Origin: Candidatus Latescibacterota bacterium
Lineage (GTDB): Bacteria > Latescibacterota > UBA2968
DNA: 64,000 nt
Assembly (NCBI GenBank): GCA_965204375.1
Contig: OZ241986.1
Coordinates: 2,784,001-2,848,000, forward strand
Direction: 5' to 3'
Under the pieces are notes generated by a model that saw only the letters and a list, made by a program, of their open reading frames with translations, made no database searches and had not been told where the DNA came from. Position 1 is the stretch's first letter. Each line of letters opens with the position of its first letter. Made by a program: the position numbers and the translations under genes. Positions 58,803 to 64,000 of this stretch are shown in pieces.

Positions 58803-59585
58803 ATGGACCTTGGATTGACGGGAAAAGTTGCAATTATCACGGGCGGCAGCGAGGGAATCGGCAGGGGAATCGCATTGCGGTTCCTAAAAGAGGGAGCAAA
58901 AGTCGCGATGTGTGCGCGACGCGATGATGTCTTGCAGCAGGCAGCGGAAGAACTTCGTACCTCAACTGGTGGTGATGTCCTCGCTGTCCCTGCTGACGTG
59001 ACCAAACCGGAAACGCTAACGAACTTCATCAACAGAGCGGTTCAGCATTTCGGACGGATTGACATCCTGGTCAACAACGCCGGCCGGTCTGCCGCGAGTG
59101 CCTTCGATGATCTGGACGACGATGATTGGCATGCCGATTTAGATCTGAAACTGATGGGAGCTGTGCGTTGCGTGCGTCTGGTCATTCCCCAGATGAAACT
59201 CATCGGCGGAGGACGGATTATCAACGTCACGCATCCGGGGGGCAAACAACCTGGCGCAGCTTCTTATCCAACCTCCGTGAGCCGCGCAGCGGGAATAGCG
59301 ATGACCAAAGCGCTATCTAAGGAACTATTGCCTTACAATATCCTCGTAAACACCGTGTGCTTGACTTCTATCAAAAGCGCACAGGGAGAACGCGCCTGGA
59401 AAGCGGAAGGTTCTCGTGGCACTTTAGAGGACTATTGGACTGAGCGGGCTGAAGAGCATCCGCTGGGACGTTTAGGTGAACCCTCTGATGCCGGGGCTCT
59501 TGTCGCCTTTCTCGCTTCGGAATGCGCTTCTTTCATCACAGGCACGGCGATTAACCTCGACGGCGGATTGTCCAACGTCGTATAG
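58803..59585 (+). CDS. SDR family oxidoreductase
   Basis: TGGSEGIG, LVNNAG and FITG..INLDGG motifs. Confidence 0.9.
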   Translation: MDLGLTGKVAIITGGSEGIGRGIALRFLKEGAKVAMCARRDDVLQQAAEELRTSTGGDVLAVPADVTKPETLTNFINRAVQHFGRIDILVNNAGRSAASAFDDLDDDDWHADLDLKLMGAVRCVRLVIPQMKLIGGGRIINVTHPGGKQPGAASYPTSVSRAAGIAMTKALSKELLPYNILVNTVCLTSIKSAQGERAWKAEGSRGTLEDYWTERAEEHPLGRLGEPSDAGALVAFLASECASFITGTAINLDGGLSNVV

Positions 59586-59616
59586 TAACAGTGGGGCAGA
59601 TAAATGAGGAGTGTAC

Positions 59617-59877
59617 ATGAATTGCCCAAGTTGGTGGGAATGAGACCTGGGTTTTACAGCACATGTGGAAGTACGAATGGAGGAGTGAGGTTTCTCTGAG
59701 ATCGAACTGCGGACAATGCTTGATAATGCTTCTCAACTGGTTCCCGCACGTCGCCCCGGTCGTTGGCTTATTTATACGCGCCATGCGAGACATCCCTGGG
59801 TTGTGGTCGTCGAGCCAGATTTGGACGACAAAATTCTTATGATCGTAACCGCATATCCTGAAGAGGTGCATCTATGA
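59617..59877 (+). pseudogene. DUF4258-like toxin gene with two in-frame TGA stops
   Basis: MNCPSWWE*DLGFTAHVEVRMEE*GFSEIELRTML...GRWLI...PWVVVVEPD...IVTAYP; GAGGAG SD; ATGA overlap with the next gene. Confidence 0.7.
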
Positions 59878-60143
59878 AAACTGTTTCCCTACAAATCACA
59901 TACCGCAAGGGCAAACCATTTGCGGCCTATATTTACCTATCTCATCGGTGCGGACAGAAAAGTGTACGCACCGAAGCGATAACAGAAGACCTGCTCATAG
60001 ACTACGCTCAAGATGGTACACCTCTTGGAATTGAGGTCGTCTCGCCCGGAATCGTGAGTATAGAAGAGATACAGGGTGTCTTTGATCATCTGGGGCTTGG
60101 CAGAGTGGAACCCATAGAGTTAGGACCGCTCAATGCAGCGTAA
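59874..60143 (+). CDS. DUF2283-like protein (putative antitoxin)
   Basis: AAYIYL...SVRT....LLIDY..DG.PLGIEV. Confidence 0.75.
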   Translation: MKTVSLQITYRKGKPFAAYIYLSHRCGQKSVRTEAITEDLLIDYAQDGTPLGIEVVSPGIVSIEEIQGVFDHLGLGRVEPIELGPLNAA

Positions 60144-60326
60144 CTGTAGTTTTGGACATGCTAATCTGAAACATTTGACAAATTTCATTATTTTTCTATC
60201 TTCCCAATTGACGACGCTCAATATGGTACGCCTCTTGGAATTTAGATCGTTTCTGCCCCCAGAATCCAAGTCAAAAAACAATCTTTAGGAGAAAAAACAA
60301 TGCTAAAAGAATCATTGCCAGAAAGG

Positions 60327-60780
60327 TGGAGTTACCCCGCTTCGGTGGAGTATTTAGGGCTTGTGTTCCAAACCTGTGATTGATGCCGTTTTTCATAAGC
60401 TATGGGTGCATGGTAGGCGATGGAAGAATGCCTGCGATGCGGATTATACCATCCTTCAATGCAGGAGAAGATGGCTAACCGAGCTTCCTTATGCGTACGG
60501 AAGCAACGGCGGTTGATCAACTCGCATTCGAGGGTGGCGAAGAAGCTCTCGCACAGCGCGTTGTCATAGCAGTCGCCAGCAGACCCCATTGAAGGACGCA
60601 CACCGGCCTCACGACAACGCTTTCCAAATGCTATCGAGGTATATTGCGCTCCCTGGTCAGAATGGTAGATCACGTCTTCGGGAGGGCACTGGTAAAGAGC
60701 CATATTTAAAGCTGACAAGACCAACTCGCTTTTCAGGTGTGTCGCCATTGCCCAACCCACGACGCGGCGGAGGAAAGGCT
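60327..60780 (-). mobile_element. Truncated IS3-family element (3' part of the transposase plus right inverted repeat)
   Basis: RRVVGWAM...HSDQGAQY...DNALCESFFATLECE...YNPHRRHSS; terminal TGGAGTTACCCCGCTTCGGTGGA; the N-terminal part is missing. Confidence 0.88.
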
Positions 60781-60837
60781 ATTGTACCGGCACTATCCTA
60801 CATAATTCCCCAAAAAATACAAATCTACTTCACCCTA

Positions 60838-61638
60838 TCAATACCCAATCCCCCGCAAATACTCGCGATTGGACTTTGCCGCTTCTGCCGGGGGTTTGGG
60901 TGGATACGGGCGGTCAAGCTCTACCGACACCCACCCATTGTAACCTACCTCCTCCAATTTCTCCAGTGCTGCCCGAGCGTCAAACCCCATATTCCCCGCG
61001 CCGAGTTCTGCGAATCGCGCTTCCTCATTAAACTGCCCCGTGCGGTGATTCCATGTCGCGGGATCATTGGCATGCACATCCTTCAAATGCACATGCCCAA
61101 TCCGATTCCGCAACACATCGCGTTCAAAAACCTGCATCGGATCGCTACCCGCCGCCAGCATGTGCCCCGTATCGTAGAGCAACCACAAATCGGGCGCAGC
61201 CGTCATCAATCTCTCAGCATCTTCAACCGTCTCGATCAACGTCCGCATATGCGCGTGGTGAAAACCCTTCACATTGTGCGCCTTGCAATATGCCAGCACC
61301 TCATCGAGAGAACGAGCCGCATTCTCAACATCTTCATCGCCCGGATCATCGCCACCCCACATCGCGCGACGACACGACGGCACCTCTGCCGCATCATTGC
61401 CCAAAGCGATATTGAACCGAACCCGGTCGAGCGGGCTCGGTCCCCCCACATTGACCAGATGCAAACCATTCTTCCTCGCCAGATTGGCTTTAGCAACCAG
61501 ATCATCGCCACTATCGATCTTCAACCCCTCCACCCCATCCCACCCGGCCTCAGCCACTTCTGCCAGCACCTTCTCGGGATTTTCGTGCTGCTCGCCCCGA
61601 AACTGAATCAAATGACAAGCCAGTCTAAATTTGCCCAT
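60838..61638 (-). CDS. Sugar phosphate isomerase/epimerase (IolE/AP endonuclease 2-like TIM barrel)
   Basis: GWDGVE, HHAH, DTGH, HVHLKD and GWVSVELD motifs. Confidence 0.85.
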   Translation of the reverse strand: MGKFRLACHLIQFRGEQHENPEKVLAEVAEAGWDGVEGLKIDSGDDLVAKANLARKNGLHLVNVGGPSPLDRVRFNIALGNDAAEVPSCRRAMWGGDDPGDEDVENAARSLDEVLAYCKAHNVKGFHHAHMRTLIETVEDAERLMTAAPDLWLLYDTGHMLAAGSDPMQVFERDVLRNRIGHVHLKDVHANDPATWNHRTGQFNEEARFAELGAGNMGFDARAALEKLEEVGYNGWVSVELDRPYPPKPPAEAAKSNREYLRGIGY

Positions 61639-61657
61639 ACTTGCGTCCTTTCTAAAA

Positions 61658-61685
61658 GCGGGCGACCACAGGGAGTCGCCCCTAC
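61658..61685 (-). repeat. GTAG-type REP element
   Basis: Minus strand GTAGGGGCGACTCCCTGTGGTCGCCCGC: GTAG followed by a palindrome. Confidence 0.65.
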
Positions 61686-61752
61686 AATTAATTACTTCAC
61701 ACTTCATCGTGAACTGGTCTGGACTGCGACCAGTTGTACATCTTTCCACACT

Positions 61753-62391
61753 TCATTCTTCATCCACCGTCCGATGTGCGAAAACATTCCACACATCAGC
61801 CAACTCGTGAACAGCCTTAAACATTGGATACAGCGCATCCCACATCGCATCTCGTGCTTTGAATGCGGCTTCCCTATCGCCCTCTGCGAATGCCTTCTTG
61901 AAAGCCGCAACTTGTACACGCTGTGTCTCTGCTGTCTGTTCTACGCGCGCGACAAAATCCTCCACAGATTGCAGGTGTTCATCTGCTCTTGCGTCTGCAT
62001 CAACGCCCAAATCCGGCTCCTGATCATAAGAAAAAGAATTCGCAAACCGGGGCAACTCCTTCTCTCCCTCTGCCGTCCAATACGTATGCGTAGGCAAAAT
62101 ATGCGGCGTCACCGACAAATACATAATCACCTCATCATCGCCCACATTGCGCACCGTATGCGCCTCATCCGTCAGTGCAATACACATCTGCCCGGGACCC
62201 AACACCTCCTTGTGCCCTTCGATATCAAACTCTGCCTGCCCTTGCAAAATCAGAAAAATCTCGTGTCCCAAATCGTGCGTATGACTCTGATTGAACTGCC
62301 CCACCTCCATCTTCAAAAAACGCGAACGAATCTGGGGAGTCACCAGCATATTGGTAATATCCTTACGATAGTCAAAAACTTGAAATGGCAT
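61753..62391 (-). CDS. Cupin domain protein with a helical C-terminal extension
   Basis: HTHDLGHEIF.ILQG...PGQMC....EAHTVRN. Confidence 0.82.
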   Translation of the reverse strand: MPFQVFDYRKDITNMLVTPQIRSRFLKMEVGQFNQSHTHDLGHEIFLILQGQAEFDIEGHKEVLGPGQMCIALTDEAHTVRNVGDDEVIMYLSVTPHILPTHTYWTAEGEKELPRFANSFSYDQEPDLGVDADARADEHLQSVEDFVARVEQTAETQRVQVAAFKKAFAEGDREAAFKARDAMWDALYPMFKAVHELADVWNVFAHRTVDEE

Positions 62392-62411
62392 AATGCCCTC
62401 CGTATATTAAA

Positions 62412-62587
62412 AGGAAGAAGTTAGAAGGAAGAAGTTAGAAGACCCCGCCCAACCCCCCAAAGGCTGGTACTTCATCTCACCCTTCACTTTTCAATGATGT
62501 TTTTCATCTGCGTTCATCTGCGTTCATCTGCGGATAACACTTCACACTTCCTACTTCACACTTTATCCTTCACACTTCACACTTCCT
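62412..62587. repeat. Cluster of short tandem repeats
   Basis: AGGAAGAAGTTAGA x2, CATCTGCGTT x~3 and ACACTTC heptamers. Confidence 0.7.
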
Positions 62588-64000
62588 ATGAGCCTGCCCA
62601 ATCCCGCGCCACAGTCTGACCCCGCGTCACACATCACCACCCGCGCCATTATCGTTGGCCTGATCCTCACCCTTGTCATCTGCTATTTTGCCACCGACAC
62701 CACCTATCGCCTTCGCGCATCTCGCGTATCCCTCGGCCACATGCCCATGTCATTGTGGCTACCCTTTCTTCTCATCTTCCTGATCAATCCCCTGCTCAAA
62801 AAAATTCGGGAGAACTGGATGCTTCGCCCGCATGAATTGGGACTCATCCTCTGCATGGGATTTATAGGCAGCGTTTTTCCCACCAAAAACGTCGCCGGAC
62901 GCCTGATCGCCGTACTCGCCAGCCCCTATTACAAAGCCACGCCGGAAAACCGATGGGCGGAATTTACCCACGAACACATCCAACCCTGGGCTGTACCCAG
63001 CAATCGCGCGGGCGACATCACCAATTTGTGGGAAGGATTGCCAGCGCATCTCTCCACGCCCTATCACGTCTGGGCTGTGCCGCTCTTCTGGTGGTTCACA
63101 TTTTTCTTCGCACTATTCATCGCCTGTTTGTGCATCACCGTCATCTTGCGCAAACAATGGGTCGAACACGAACGCATCACCTTCCCCCTCGCGCAATTGC
63201 CCATCCTGATGATTCGGGATACAGCATCGGGACAAATCGGCTTCTTGAAAAACAAATTATTCTGGACGGGATTTGGCATCGCCTTATTCATCTTATCCTG
63301 GAATATACTACCCCTCTTCTGGCACAATCTCCCAATCATACCCATTGGTCCCACATACCGTACCGCCATCTCATTTGGACACGACTTTCCCCCGCTACAA
63401 ATCAAATTCAACTTTGTCATGACCGCCTTTGGCTATCTCACCAACCTCGAAGTCCTGCTCTCCATCTGGCTATTCCACATCCTCTCGCTCATCGAAATCG
63501 GCGCGTTAAACCGCTTTGGCATCACAGTGGGCAAAGACTTTGGCAGCGGCCTATTGCTACAGCAAGTCGGTGGCTTCATCGCATTTGCCCTGTTTGGCCT
63601 CTTCATGGCGCGGCAACATATTGGAACCGTCATCCGCGCACTCTGGCAACCCGATGCAGAAGACAAAACCGAACTCCTGTCTTACCGCACCGCAGTGATC
63701 GGCTTGAGCATCTCGCTCATCTATGCCAGTGCCTGGATGTACGCGCTGGGCATTTCCCTGCCGGGCATTGCAATACAACTCGGCCTGCTCTTGATCTACT
63801 TCATCGGTCTGGCAAAAATCGTCGCAGAAACCGGCCTCGTATATGTCGAAACCCCACTGCGAACCCAGGAACTCGCCGCCGCCGCACTCGGTACAACCGT
63901 GCAAACTCCCGACCACGTCGGCATGGCACTATCGGCCAACAGCGTGGAAAGCCACCGCGAATACATCCTCCCATCTCTAACTCACACCGCCAAAATCCAC
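62588..64000 (+). CDS. DUF6785-like polytopic membrane protein (3' end runs off the window)
   Basis: Manual translation MSLPNPAP...ITTRAIIVGL...ILRKQWVEHERITFPLAQLP with many TM segments. No stop was seen before the window end. Confidence 0.7.
   Translation, partial: MSLPNPAPQSDPASHITTRAIIVGLILTLVICYFATDTTYRLRASRVSLGHMPMSLWLPFLLIFLINPLLKKIRENWMLRPHELGLILCMGFIGSVFPTKNVAGRLIAVLASPYYKATPENRWAEFTHEHIQPWAVPSNRAGDITNLWEGLPAHLSTPYHVWAVPLFWWFTFFFALFIACLCITVILRKQWVEHERITFPLAQLPILMIRDTASGQIGFLKNKLFWTGFGIALFILSWNILPLFWHNLPIIPIGPTYRTAISFGHDFPPLQIKFNFVMTAFGYLTNLEVLLSIWLFHILSLIEIGALNRFGITVGKDFGSGLLLQQVGGFIAFALFGLFMARQHIGTVIRALWQPDAEDKTELLSYRTAVIGLSISLIYASAWMYALGISLPGIAIQLGLLLIYFIGLAKIVAETGLVYVETPLRTQELAAAALGTTVQTPDHVGMALSANSVESHREYILPSLTHTAKIH

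Noticed and set aside
59641-59688. TGA codons in the DUF4258-like gene read as selenocysteine or as an alternative genetic code
   Set aside because: The contexts fit Trp and Arg rather than a redox Cys, no convincing SECIS was seen, and rpmI, rplT and others end normally at TGA.
60589-62424. 611-aa plus-strand ORF
   Set aside because: It lies antisense to two well-supported genes and the IS3 remnant, and has no protein-like motifs.

Overview
Bacterial chromosomal segment using the standard genetic code. The gene content (futalosine menaquinone pathway, many sulfatases, PhyH dioxygenases, Gfo/Idh/MocA proteins, a DUF6785-like membrane protein) suggests a Latescibacterota/Gemmatimonadota/Poribacteria-like heterotroph; this is inference only. 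The left ~24.6 kb is mostly housekeeping: a GT2 gene, a nurA/HAS-barrel/herA operon, queE, then thrS-infC-rpmI-rplT-zapB-zapA-rny-ymdB-xseAB-nadK-recN-mqnE-mqnC-mqnA, and rarA. At 24.8-28.9 kb there is an AT-richer accessory island: a small HTH gene, an HNH nuclease, a DGQHR (DndB-like) protein, and an Rpn nuclease with an internal start site. From 29 to 64 kb there is a catabolic region with six sulfatases, an arylsulfotransferase and four PhyH dioxygenases. It is interspersed with three intact toxin-antitoxin pairs and one pseudogenised pair, a split PD-(D/E)XK locus and IS3 remnants. Main points: (1) an ArsC-family gene, truncated in the ORF track, whose catalytic Cys12 codon is TGA and is followed by a SECIS-like hairpin, so probably a selenoprotein; (2) the HTH-HNH-DGQHR candidate defence operon; (3) the Rpn gene-within-a-gene; (4) a MOSC/alkyltransferase-like fusion; (5) a leader peptide and a candidate small RNA flanking a stand-alone sigma-70 region-4 gene. 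No rRNA, tRNA or CRISPR array was recognised. All family assignments come from motif recognition, not database searches.
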